DNA from: Octopus bimaculoides
Taxonomy: Eukaryota
Length of the DNA stretch: 64,000 bases
Assembly (NCBI RefSeq): GCF_001194135.2
Contig: NC_068987.1
Span: 105,132,890 to 105,196,889, forward strand
Reading direction: 5' to 3'
Shown here: piece after piece, positions 12,201 to 24,990 of the stretch
Layout: every line of letters begins with the position of its first letter
How positions within the stretch are numbered: the stretch's first letter is position 1
The notes under the pieces: model-generated
Databases searched by the model: none
Told to the model about the DNA's origin: nothing
What the model saw: the letters and a program-made list of their open reading frames with translations, nothing else
Position numbers and translations under genes: made by a program

Positions 12201-13757
12201 CACTTATAATGGATTATTTGTTTGATCTAGCTTTAATCTCAAGTAACAGAAGACAATAAGGGAAATATGGGTGTGATACAAAATTAAAACTTAATTATGG
12301 GCTAATAAGCTCTTTAGAATTCCAGATGTCTATTGCATATCACTTACAATAAATTGGCATACATCCACCCATTTTTCTTACCTTAACGATATAACTAATA
12401 TATTTTCTCATTTTAACCTGTGCATCTTATTTGGTAACAGTTTGCTGTGTATCGGTTGTATATTTTATTTACACGTAAATATATTCATGACAAATATAAA
12501 AATTATTTTTCTCTCAATAGAAGTGAAAGTATGGCTGAGTGATTAGGAAGCTTGCTTTGCAACCTCATGGTTTCAGGTTCAGTCACACTGCGTGGCACCT
12601 TGGGCAACTGCTTTCTCCTTATAGCCCTGGGATGACCAATACCTTGTGAGTTAATTTTAGTAGATGGAGGCTGTGTGGAAACCTATCGTGTGTGTGTGTG
12701 CTTACTACCATCATCACCACCACTTGATAACCAGTGTTGGTTTGTTTACAGCTCTGTAACTTGGCAGTTTTGTAAAAGAGATAGAGTTAGTGCCAGACTT
12801 TAAAATAAGTACTGAGGTAAATTATTTCAACTAAATCCTTCCGGCCACTGCCCCAGCAATCAAATGACTGAAACAAGTAAACGGTAAAAGATAAAAAAAA
12901 TATAGTAATAAGTATACATTTCTAACTTTAATGATCAAATAATATCTTAATGTTGCCATGGCCATTGTCATACTGTGACACAATTATAAAACTATTCTTC
13001 AAGTTTACTAATAATAGAACTTTTGGCATGTTTAAATCGTGTCTTATACCCATGAAACCCCAATGAAGATTTTTCAGTTTTTATGCAGCATTATCTAGAG
13101 CAAATCAGCCAGCTGTACTAAGCCTATCCCTTTCCAAGTCATAGCCATCAGAAAAATTCATCACATCCTTGCAAGTAAACAAAATGCACGTCAATGTTAC
13201 GTCATTCCTGCTGCATACACAGGAAGTTTCAACATACTGTATTGTCTTTTTAGCACAAGGTGAATGGAATTAGAATTAAATGACTGACCCAACCCATGCC
13301 AGCACAGACAAGAGACATTAAATGATGATGATGATGATCAAAGATGCAGTGCAGAGACAGATATGGAATATGAAATAGGGATCCTTTGATCAACAAGCCA
13401 CCATCCTGTTAACTCAACCAGTTAAGGCTCTCACGATTTGAATATAAAAATCAGAAAATTAAACACTATTATTTCAACAAACATATCTTCATTTCTAAAC
13501 TTATCTAAATCCGTTTTTCATTAATTGTTATTCCAGTACCCATGACAGATAATTCTCATCTGCTACAATCCATACTATGACAAAATTCCCCCAGATAAAA
13601 TCCCCCAGCAGTCAATATCCCCTGGGATATTGTTCTTTCTTTACAATAAAAATATCTTTAGAAAGTGAAATTTGATAAAAAAAAATTTTAATATTTGTTG
13701 GTTGACATTTTTGTGTAAAATTTGTCCGGTGGGATTTTGTCCTGATACTGCTATGAT

Positions 13758-14144
13758 TGTGGAGGCACAATGGCCCAGTGGTTAGGGCAGCAGACTCGCG
13801 ATCACAGGATCGCGGTTTCGATTCCCAGACCGGTCATTGTGAGTGTTTATTGAGCGAAAACACCTAAAGCTCCACGAGGCTCCTGCAGGGGATGGTGGCG
13901 AACCCTGCTGTACTCTTTCACCACAACTTTCTCTCACTCTTACTTCCTGTTTCTGTTGTGCCTGTATTTCAAAGGGACAGCCTCGTCACACTGTGTGACG
14001 CTGAATATCCCCAAGAACTACGTTAAGGGTACACGTGTCTGTGGAGTGCTCAGCCAACTTGCACGCTAATTTCACGAGCAGGCTGTTCCGTTGATTGGAT
14101 CAACTGGAACCCTCGACGTTGTAAGCGACGGAGAGCCAACAACA
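13758..14144 (+). mobile_element. tRNA-headed SINE family B, full-length with TSD
   Basis: A/B boxes (tggcccagtgg; gtttcgattcc), (AAC)n tail, and an 11-bp TSD actgctatgat at 13747-13757 and 14145-14155. Confidence 0.9.
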
Positions 14145-15024
14145 ACTGCTATGATCTATGTGTGTGCTTTTATGCACGAAGCACTGATATGAGAGGGTCT
14201 CTCAAGGCTAACAACACAGCTTTCGGTGTTCTAACATGACATCCATGTTAAGATGGATATAAAGATTACCTTTTGATATTAATACTGATTCTGTCACTAA
14301 TAATTAATTTTTAATAAGCCTACTGGCTATTTGCAACATCAGTATCTGAAAAGATGATAATATTTTATATGTAGTGACAGTGAAATTTGACTGGCATGTG
14401 GTGATCGGATACTTCCCACTGATGATTTCCAGTTGAATGAAATTACATGATGTGGGATTTCCAGTATCCATGGCAGATGATTCCTATCTGCCACAATCCA
14501 GGTGTATGCGTTTATGCACCAAGTGATTATATGAGAGCATCTCTCAAGGCTAATAATACCACTTTCCATTGTTTAATCATCAACTATAATAATACTTTTG
14601 TGCTTTTCTTCATCACAACATAAGGAAGGGGTGATGGCAAACTGGTGGGATGGTGAACATTCAACTCTGAAAAGAAAAATCAAACAGCGTTTCAACTCTG
14701 TGTGAGTATATGTGTGTGCGTGTATAAGGGAAGTATATGGACATTGACAAATGTATTCATTTGATTTACCATCCATATTTGTATATAAAATACTACAATT
14801 AACCATCATTTTTTCATGTTTAATAACCTGTAACAGACTTCATTTCTCTAGAACTGTATGTATCCTGCTGCATATTTTTATTCACTTCAATATTTTTAAA
14901 GACTTTAAAATATTATAATGTCTAACTCCATTGAATTTTTTTTATTGTATTGTACTACGGGGCTGACTGGCACTTAGTGAACAGGTTGAATAAGTTTATA
15001 ACAGGTTTATTCAAGAAGTTGAAT

Positions 15025-15458
15025 TCATCATCATCATCATCATCATCGTTTAACGTCCGCTTTCCATGCTAGCATGGGTTGGACGATTTGACTGAGGACT
15101 GGTGAAACCGGATGGCAACACCAGGCTCCAGTCTAATTTGGCAGAGTTTCTACAGCTGGATGCCCTTCCTAACGCCAACCACTCAGAGAGTGTAGTGGGT
15201 GCTTTTACGTGTCACCCGCACGAAAACGGCCANNNNNNNNNNAAGGTCTCGATCAGTAGTCATCGCCTCGGTGAGGCCCAATGTACGAAGGTCTTGCCTC
15301 ACCACCTCAGCCCAGGTCTTCCTGGGCCTACCTCTTCCACGGGTTCCCTCAACTGTTAGGGTGTGGCACTTTTTCACGCAGCTATCCTCATCCATTCTCA
15401 CCACATGTCCATACCAGCGCAATCATCTCTCTTGCACGCCACAACTGATGCTTCTTAT
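15025..15458 (-). mobile_element. RTE-clade LINE 3' end (ORF C-terminus, 3' UTR, (GAT)n tail), split by a 10-N gap
   Basis: ORF 15183-15422 RWYGHVVRM...GRGRPRKTWAEVVRQDL is a typical RTE C-terminus. The tail is gcggacgttaaacgatgatgat. Confidence 0.9.
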
Positions 15459-15720
15459 TCAACCAGCTGAATAAGCGGCTTTATAGAAAACTTGAAAAAA
15501 CTAGTCAATCTATAATAAATATGATTCTACTAAAGTATTGAGTCCTTTCATCAGTAAATGTTTGTTGTTGTCTATAACTACACAACTTAACTCCAAAACA
15601 TATATTTGCATTGCACCATTTTCTTCAATAAACAGTCAGTCTTGCATATATTCTAAATAAGGAACAATGCAATTCTGGAACAGAAAATGTATTTAGCCTT
15701 CTGATATTTATAGTATTAAT

Positions 15721-16036
15721 TTTTTTTTATGTGCCCTTTTAAAGCCTAGCCAGGCTCATGGGCCCGGTTTCCCGGTTTCTATGGCGTATGTGTTCCCCCC
15801 CCAGCTGGACGGGATGCCAGTCCATCGCAGCGTTACTCAAGAAACAGGAAGAAAGAGTGAGAGAAAGTTGGGGCAAACGAGTACAACAGGGGTCGCCACC
15901 ACCCCCTGCCGGAGCCTCGTGGAGCTTTAGGCATTTTCGCTCAATAAACACACACAAAGCCCGGTCTGGGAATCGAAACCTCGATCCTCCGACCGCAAGT
16001 CCGCTGCCCTAACCACTGGGCCATTGCGCCTCCACA
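15721..16036 (-). mobile_element. SINE with the family-B head but a V-domain-like 3' half
   Basis: Shares about 175 bp of head with 13758/28273, then switches to gctgcgatggactggcatcccgtccag. Poly-A tail; near-TSD atagtattaat / atagttttaat. Confidence 0.8.
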
Positions 16037-19023
16037 TAGTTTTAATACTCACTTCTAATTAAATGTTGTTCTTCTTTAGTCTTAAGTTGAGCAGACCTGT
16101 GACTGAACATTTCTTTATTTTTCTTTTAGGGCATTTAGGACTACATTATCTCATGCTTATTTTCCTTTCTTAACAACAGGGTAGGGTGTGACTTGAAGGA
16201 GATATGGCTGCTTATTCCAAGCTCTTGTGTAGGCTTTTGTTAGATATAGCTAAATGATTTTGCAATTTTTTCCTATTTTATGTGCATTTTTTTCATGCTT
16301 GCATGGGCCAAATGTATTTTCTCAAACACAGCATCTTGCCACTTGTTGCAGTCACTTTCCATCTCCTTTGTGAGAGTCAGTCTCTTGAGATCTGTTTTCA
16401 ATATTACAACTTCTCTTTCTAGGGTCAATAAAATAAGTATGAGCCAAGTGCTGGGGGTCAATGTAATTGTCTTGCCCCCCTCCCTACCCAAAATTGCTGG
16501 CCTGGTGCCAAAATTTGAAACCAAAATTACAATTTCTCTCATCTTCTTCCACAGATGGCTAAATATTTATAAACAATACTATCTAACTGTATTTTTAATT
16601 GTATAGGTTGATTTGGCTTTGAGTTAATTTGCTAATTAAAGAATGCTATTGGTATTACAGTAACTGTTACATATATCAGTTACATCTTTATAGTAAACCA
16701 AAAGGTCATAAAATCAAAACAAAACAAAAATGGCAAGAGTATGGCAAAATTATATATGGTAAGAATTTAGTTTAGAGCAGGCCTGGCCATCTTAAATTAC
16801 ATTGCGGACCACTTTAATCACAGAAAGTTTTTTGAGGGCTGCTTGTATACTTTATGCACTAATAGTCAAATGATCAAATTTCAGAATCAAGAATTTTTCA
16901 TTCGTTTCGTTTGTTTAAAATTATAATATTGTAGGCTATAGCTTTATTGCCAGTTTAAAATTTTAAACATATTTCAAAACAAATGTTTTACACAAAAAAT
17001 TTTATTTTGAAATTAAACACATGGGTGCAGGAGTGGCTGTGTGGTAAGTAGCTTGCTTACCAACCACATGGTTCCGGGCCAACCAATGCCTTGTGAGTGG
17101 ATTTGGTAGACGGAAACTGAAGGAAGTCCATCGTATATATGTATATATATATGTGTATGTGTGTGTATATGTTTGTGTGTCTGTGTTTGTCCCCCCAACA
17201 TCGCTTGACAACCGATGGTGGTGTGTTTATGTCCCCGTAACTTAGCGATTTGGCAAAAGAGACCGACAGNNNNNNNNNNNNNNNNNNNNNNNNNNNNNNN
17301 NNNNNNNNNNNNNNNNNNNNNNNNNNNNNNNNNNNNNNNNNNNNNNNNNNNNNNNNNNNNNNNNNNNNNNNNNNNNNNNNNNNNNNNNNNNNNNNNNNNN
17401 NNNNNNNNNNNNNNNNNNNNNNNNNNNNNNNNNNNNNNNNNNNNNNNNNNNNNNNNNNNNNNNNNNNNNNNNNNNNNNNNNNNNNNNNNNNNNNNNNNNN
17501 NNNNNNNNNNNNNNNNNNNNNNNNNNNNNNNNNNNNNNNNNNNNNNNNNNNNNNNNNNNNNNNNNNNNNNNNNNNNNNNNNNATATATATATATATATAT
17601 ATATATAAAACTATACATAATTTAAACATGGGTGGTCAAATGTATACACATATCTACTCTGTTCAACTCACTAAACAATTTGGTGTTTCCACAAAAGAAA
17701 TCGATAATGAAGGGATGATATTGAAGCTAATTAAATGACCTGATCATTTTTCCACAAAATTCAAACAAAATTAAAGTACCTTAGGCACTAGAGCCCCAAA
17801 CAGAGAGATGGAGATATGTATTAATAGATGCCACAAGTTTAATGAAAAAAGCTGACAATTTTTAAAGTCTGTGACCAAGACTTTACAAACATGTAACTGA
17901 TATGCAGCTGAACAGTTAATAGCAGCAATAAATTTTCAACAGAGAGCTAACAGACAAATTTCTTGTGCAATATGACAAAGTATTTCTGACTACAGTCTAA
18001 ACTAAATTCATACCATATATATTTATTTGAATATAAAATGTAATAGATTTATTTTCAATGATGACAAATGCATAGCAGGGTCCTACAGTTTAACTGAAGA
18101 CTGCACCAAAAATCCTAGTGTTTCTGTTAACTTGGCAGACTAGCCTAATGTTTCCATCATTTTTCTAATATCTAAAAACGCAATCCAAACAACTTCAAAT
18201 GAAAATAAAGACTCTACAGCTAAATGAAACAAAAAGCACTTTGACAAATGAGGTCTTCAATTATATCATCTCATTTAATTTAAGTGGTTAGAGCTACATT
18301 AAGGAAAAAATAGCATTTACATACAATGCTTGCAAATGTAACATTATACTTTAAAATAAGATAGTTGGAGCTGACAAATGATATATTTAACAATATTCTC
18401 CTCCCACATTCATCATCCAATTATAAAAAAATTGCCAATATATTTGAATATCGTTGACTTTTTTGTTTTATTTTTTTTTTGTTGTATTTTTGAAAATTCT
18501 ATAATAGTGAACTTTCTTTCTATCTAAATAGGCACAGGGGTGGCTGTGTGGTTAAGAAGCATGCTTCCTAACCACATGGTTTTGGGTTGAGTCCCACTAT
18601 GTGGTATCTTTGTGAAAGCCCATCTTGTGTGCGTGTATGTCTACATGTATGTGTGTATACATGCATGTATGTGAGTGTTTGTGTGTGTGTCTTTATATTT
18701 GTTCTTCCAACAATCTGACAGCCAGTGTTGGTTTGTTTACATTCCTATAAATTAGCAGTTTGACAAAAGAGACAGAGAGAATAAGTACTGGGGTCAATTT
18801 GTTCAGTTAATCCCTTCAAGGTAGTACCCCCAGCATGGCTGCAGTCCAATGACTGAAACAAGTAAAAGATACAAGATAAAGATAAATTACCCTATCTACA
18901 ATATATTACAAATATTCACATGCTTTTACATATTTTAACATAGAGGATACATATGGTACCAATGGCCCAGAGCATCATTTTCACATAAAACAAGCAGTTA
19001 GATAACAAAACATATCAACTTAC

Positions 19024-19238
19024 ACCACTGCTTGATGAATTCAAGAGATGAGATGAGACGACGCCGCTACCACCAACACTACCACCACCATCATCCTCTA
19101 GCCAGTCTAGAACATGTCTCTTTATTGTTGTTTTAGTCTCATGTACAAAACTAAACCATCTGTTTAAAATGATTTTCACAATTTTGGCATTATTTACAAC
19201 AGGGGTGGGGGAACCCTTGCAAGCCCATTTTATTGTGC
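19024..19238 (-). CDS. Candidate internal coding exon of an unidentified minus-strand gene
   Basis: Open frame GTIKWACKGSPTPVVNNAKIVKIILNRWFSFVHETKTTIKRHVLDWLEDDGGGSVGGSGVVSSHLLNSSSSG, bounded by ctgcag| (alternative aaacag| with exon starting 19159) and |GTAAGT. No homology recognised. Confidence 0.35.
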
Positions 19239-19429
19239 CTGCAGGCTGATACATTCTATGTACAAAATATAGTAAATTTTTCAATCATAAAGTTTATACA
19301 ATACTCATATGCCTATTTGCGATATAGGTTGCATTTCCACAATGACATGAAACGATCAGACTCGAACAGAAATCGTCAGGTAATTGCCATTTGAATGGAA
19401 ACTTTTGTTTTCACTATAAAACACATATT

Positions 19430-19556
19430 CTTTTCTACTCTAGGCACAAGGCCCGAAATTTTAGGGGAGTGGGGGGGGGGATCGATTAGATCGACCCCAT
19501 TAAGTACGCAACTAGTATTTAATTTATTGACCCCAAAAGGATGTAAGGTAAAGTCG
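19430..19556 (-). mobile_element. 5'-truncated family C SINE with 17-bp TSD
   Basis: actataaaacacatatt at 19413-19429 and 19557-19573. Confidence 0.85.
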
Positions 19557-20416
19557 ACTATAAAACACATATTGTTAGGTTTGTACCACCCCTTGAAACC
19601 CAACTACATTCTAGTTGAGAATATAAAAAATATATTGCATGTATCGAAATAAATTTTTATGAAACGAAAACTGACGGGTTGCAGAAGATACTGTATAAAA
19701 ATTATTCATATCCAAGAACCCCAAGTATTAAAAATTTTCCACCTTATTTCATTTTGCACGTTTTTATGAAAAAAAATCTCCAAAATTGACACTCACCCTC
19801 TTTCTGTCAATCGATAAGCAAAAAATGTTTTGAAATCTATTAAAAATCAAAAACAAATTGGTAAAACTTCATCAAAGCAGAAACTATTAATTTGGTGCTT
19901 TGTGCACAGGATTATAAAAAAAATATTATTTTTTCTCTAAAAAAAGCAGTGAAAAGTAACTTTTTTTTGAAAGGGGTGTCGCATCTTTGCTATCAGTCGG
20001 TGTCAAGAAGGTTAACAGGAGCTACTTTCAGCTGTCAGCAGCTCATCAGTTATCCTCTTTCCCTACCCACTCACTTACCAACACCTGTGTGGACAAGGTA
20101 GAGAGAGAAAAATCAAGTTAAACCTTACAGAACCAAACAACATCTTAATATTTTGCAGATTTTAAATTTTTACTGCCTTTTACAACATTGAACGCATGCA
20201 TTACGACTACGAGTCAGTTTTTCCCAGCCAGCAGTGATAACAAAACTTCCAAAAGTGATAATATAAATTTAACCTGTTTATCGAATTTTCTAAACCCTTA
20301 TCAATATGGCAAGTGGTTATGAAAATCCCCAAAAAAGAAATACTGGTGAAGTGCTTTGTTCAATGAAAAATGGACTGAGCTTTACTACTACTACTACTGC
20401 TACTACTACTACTAAG

Positions 20417-20461
20417 ACACCTGATGAAGGCTGGAGGGTATATCAGCCGAAACGTTGTGTT
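20417..20461 (+). ncRNA. Minimal type I hammerhead ribozyme motif (PLE pLTR-like fragment)
   Basis: acac-CTGATGA-a-ggctg(gagggtatat)cagcc-GAAA-C-GTT-gtgt: stems I and II pair, and stem III is the palindrome ACGT. Confidence 0.75.
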
Positions 20462-20739
20462 AACAATGAACAAGATGAGGACAAATATCCATCAAATGTA
20501 AATAATGTAAACCCTGTATTTTCCTGAGATACCTTTAGTTAGTCATCAAGACTGGAGTCTTTCAAATATTGTAATAAAATTTTTTTATATATTTAGTATC
20601 AGATAAAGTTGTATAAAAAAAAGATTTTCGGTAATAAACTAAAAAAAAATTGGGCACTAATGGGTTAATATTACCTCTGTCACAGGATTATGGGTTAACA
20701 TTGGTTAGATTTTGTATCCAACAAACTCTATTCAGAAAC

Positions 20740-21050
20740 TGAGATGTGTTCTGTTACTTGTATGATTCGGGAGTACCAGCTCAGACTGTTCAGCCATGTT
20801 GCTCGATTTTCTGAGTTAGACCCTGCTTACCATGTTCCCCTCACGGAGGATCTGGCTTGGTTGGCAGCTCGTACTGGTCAACCACATGCCACATGGTCAC
20901 AGCAAATGATGAGTTATCTCACAGAAATGGGGGACTGACTGGAGCACTGCTGGATGAGTCACCCAGGAGGAGCCAGGAATATACAAACAAATGGTGAATG
21001 CATCCACCATGCATTGCAATGGCACATTCCCCCTCCACCAGACTCAGCAT
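20740..21050 (+). mobile_element. Decayed RTE-X-like LINE C-terminal fragment
   Basis: VTCMIREYQLRLFSHVARFSELDPAY...GQPHATWSQQM resembles the RTE-X C-terminal pattern (QLR.FGHVAR..DPA..GRP..TW). Confidence 0.7.
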
Positions 21051-23322
21051 TCCAAAATCAATAAAGTAACTATTGAAATAGACATAATAAGTTATACCCT
21101 ACCAAACAACACTCTATCACTGCCAAAATCAAATGACTAAAAGCAGTAAAACAATAAAAGAATCTTAAAATACTATTTTATTCTTTGCATGTGTATATGT
21201 GCATGTGTGTGCATGTGTGTGCATGTGATTTCCCTCCATCCAATCTTTATCATCATCCATATTGTTTAAATGGCAATCAATTGTAATCACCATATCCCAT
21301 CTATTTATTGGAGTCTGGTGACTGTAATCACTCCTGCTCTTCAAGAATCATATGAACCGAATGAGTCATCAGAGATTTAAAGTGTCATAAAAGCTTTTTG
21401 ACATATAAGACAGATATTCTTTTAAATTGTTCTTTATCTTTTTAGTCAGTGACCTGACCCAGTAGTGTTTTCAGTTAATTTGTGAAAATAATGATATGTG
21501 TGAGAGTAAAGTTTAATCATTCTAATTTTAATGTCAAAAACACCATGACAAAATAAGTGTAAGGTGCCTCTGCATGGTATTCCGACTTGCTAGAAATAGC
21601 AGCCAAATTCCCTCAAACCACGCCCTACAGTCTTTGGGAAAAGAAAGGACACATTGCATAATGAAGTTCTAAATACACAAAACAGACAGACGGTCACAGC
21701 TGGAATGCATTTGATCAAAAGTCTGCTCAGTAAGGGGCAAAACAACAACAACAGAACTCATTATCTATGGTGATATTTGTAACATCAATTTTCTGAAAGT
21801 ATGCTAAAAGCATTTTGCTAAATGTTTTTAGATTTCACATGCAATGGTCTAGATTCACATCAGTTTTTATTAGAGAAGAAGAGGTGACAGCAATCAACAA
21901 TATAAAAAGGTTAACAAATCTGTTAGTAATTATGCCATCTAAGATATTTAAAGAGTTCTTTAAGTAATTAGAGTTAACAAATCAAAGATAGATTAATTTT
22001 GATGAACTAGGTGATACATTATTAGAATTACAAAACAGAAAATGGTGGGAGTGTTGAAATGAAATAAATATCTTGTTCGAATTTGCCATGAAAATGGGGA
22101 CAGCACTAAATGTATCATATTCCAAGAGAGGGAACGAAGTTGGCAGGGAAGACAGTTTTGAAATTACTATGATAAAATGTTTCTAACTTGGTGTCACATT
22201 TAGAAGGGGAAGATGACAGGATAGGAACAGCGAATGGATTTAAAAGGGAAAATTATAAGATAGGGCTACTAAATAAATATGAAGCTTTATATAGGTTACT
22301 AAATAAGTATGAAACACACTAAATGGGTTATGAAACAAGTGTGAATCACTAAATGGGTTATTATGGGCTATTTTATCAGCTACATAGGAAATTAAGTTGC
22401 TTATTGCTGATGCTGTTTGGGCTTATACAGTAAGTTCAATTCCTGTCAGAATATCAAAATGAGTACATATAAAAAATAAAAAAAGCAGTGACGAGATGGT
22501 ATTGGAATTTTCAATGAACAAAAAATTAAAATTTAAAAAAATAAAAACAAGTAACCATTATACACAATTATTAGTAAAAGTACAGAACAATGAAAATTTT
22601 AGAAAATTACTATTTTGCATGATATACTAGGTGTATGGTACGAAACAACAAATGAGGGAGATGGAGGAAGGGATCCTAATAGGAAACAAGTTAGATTTGA
22701 TAGATACAGAATGGGAGCTTACATAACAGGAAAAAGCATGTCTAATAAGATTTTTGGTAAGTGTAGTAGACATGACGGTGTGAATAAGAGGCTCATTTTG
22801 TAACCACATGGTTTTGGGTTCAGTCCCATTGCACAGCACCTTGGGCAACTATCGTCTACTATAGCCCCCAGGGAGACCAGTGTCTTGTGAGTGAATTTGG
22901 TAGATAGAAACTGTGCAGAAGCCCATCATGTGAGTGTGTGTGTGTGTGTGTTTCCTAGTTTACAGAATCCTAGTTTGTTGCCACCGCCACCACTCCTTGA
23001 CAACCAATGTTGGTTTGTTTACATCCCCCATAACTCAGTGGTTCAGCAAAAGGGACCAACAGGTTAAGTACCAGACTTAAAAATACATACAGGGTTTGAT
23101 CTGTTTGAACACAGACCCCTGAAGGCAGTGCCCCAGTACAGCTGCATAGCAACAGGCAATGACGTTGCATGGCTTCAGCCATGGTGGCTGAAATGATTCA
23201 AATTAACTAAAGACAAGACTATGACACATCAATTACTGCAGACGAGAATTGAGGAATATTGCCTCAAGAAAAGTATCAAATATTAATTTTAACTTTTCAG
23301 AAATAAGTTGATTGATTGACAT

Positions 23323-23354
<32 letters not shown>

Positions 23355-24606
23355 CAGAGAGAGAGAGAGAAACAGAGAGAGATAGAAACAGGGGGAGAGA
23401 GAAACAGGGAGAGAGAGAAACAGGGAGAGAGACAAACAAGGAGAGAGACAGACAGACACACACACACACACACACAGAAATAAGCACACATACAGATAGA
23501 TACATACACATACACACATTTAAAAATGGTTTGTGGACAATTATTTACTTACCAAAATGTTTCAGAATAGTAAAGGCACAGGAATGGCTGTGTGATAAGA
23601 AGATTGCTTCTCAACCACACGATTCCGGGTTCAGACCCACTGCATGGCACTGTAGGCAAGTGTCAGGTCAACCAAAGCCTTGTGAGTGGATTTGGTAGAT
23701 GGAAACTGAAAGAAGCCTGTCGTGTATATATATATGTGTGTGTGTGTGTGTGTATGCATTTGTTTGTCTGTGTTTGTCCCCCCACCATCACTTGACAACC
23801 AATGTTGGTGTGTTTACGTGTCCGAAACCTAGCAGTTTGGCAAAAGAGACCGATAGAATAAGTACTAGGCTTACAAAGTCTTGGGGTCGATTTGTTCGAC
23901 TAAAGGCAGTGCCCCAGCATGGCTGCAGTCAAATGACTGTAACAAATAAAAGAGCTAGAAACTGATTCTCTATAGGTTTGTTCTAAATTTAGCAGCAGGA
24001 ATAATGGTATTTGTAAGGTTAAATGAAGTAAAAATAAAAAGAACAAAAAAAAAATGTCAAACCAGAAATTGTTTCATTGCATGAGAAAATATTGTCTGAC
24101 ATCACTATAGTAATGGCACAAGGCCAGCAATTTCAGGGGAGGGGTTAAGTTGATTACATCGACTCATGTGCTTAACTCCTACTTATTTTATCAACCCTGA
24201 AAGAATGGAAGGCAAAGTGAACTTCAGAAGAACTTAAACTCTGAATGTAATGATGGGTGAAATGCCGCTAAGCATTTTTGTCCCAAGCGTGTTAATGATT
24301 CTGCCAGCTCACCACCATTTTTTTTTTTATACTAATATTAGCAGCGTCTTTCAGGCTCTTGTGTTTTGGATTGGTTTAATTTCTGTTGAACTTCAAACCC
24401 CTCTTGCTAGATATTTGTATTTCCCTATATTGGGGATTTAACACAGAACTTTATCTCTAGTATGGGATTTAACAATATTAATCGTTTTGCCATAGTCACA
24501 GAATGGATGACTTCGTTTCAGAAATATAATCAGTGTCTGTTCCTAAAATTGTTTTATATCACTTTTTACTTTAATATTACCATCATGGTCCTCATCATTA
24601 TTATTA

Positions 24607-24990
24607 TTACCTCCACCTTAGCAAAGGCAGAGGTATTGTTTTCAGTTGAGCTTGTTTGTTTGTTTGTCTGTGGACAAGATATCCCAAGAACCACCGGATG
24701 GATTCATGGATTCGGATGAAACCTTCAGGGATGTTTGGCCTCATGACTGGCATGAACTGATTAGATTTTGGGATCAATCTGGTACCAGACAGGGATTCTG
24801 GATTATTTTCCGGGTTTTTTTTTTTTTACTTAATATTTGAAAGCAGTTGGGCTCATTTTTAGTATTCTCATTTGTGAGAGCAGTCGAATTTATTTCAGAT
24901 ATTCTCATTTTAAGAATCCTCTCTGACTAATCATTGAGAGGACGTTGGTGTTGCCTTGGCGAAGGTTTACACTCGCTGAGTGCTCTTGTT
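24607..24990 (+). mobile_element. Non-autonomous Helentron-type element (HINE/DINE-1-like)
   Basis: 5' ttacctccacctt...aaggcagaggt inverted repeat, (TTTG)n stretch, 3' subTIR ccttggcgaaggt, followed by the short hairpin cactc-gct-gagtg and a T-rich end. Confidence 0.65.

Noticed and set aside
13758-13835. tRNA-like A/B boxes (here and at other SINE heads)
   Set aside because: They continue into SINE bodies with TSDs and are not functional tRNA genes.
14405-14460. CTGATGA...GAAA with ccca/tggg flanks
   Set aside because: There is no NUH cleavage triplet and stems II and III are poor, so it is not a hammerhead.
14160-14580. Two ~80-bp diverged direct repeats (atgcac..atatgagag..tctctcaaggctaa)
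   Set aside because: An old, low-identity local duplication with no further structure detected.
22040-22790. Purine-rich stretch with ILGVWY (Tx1/L1-like) and short imperfect actaaat..tatgaa repeats
   Set aside because: Too decayed to assign, and the repeats are not CRISPR-like (irregular, eukaryotic context).
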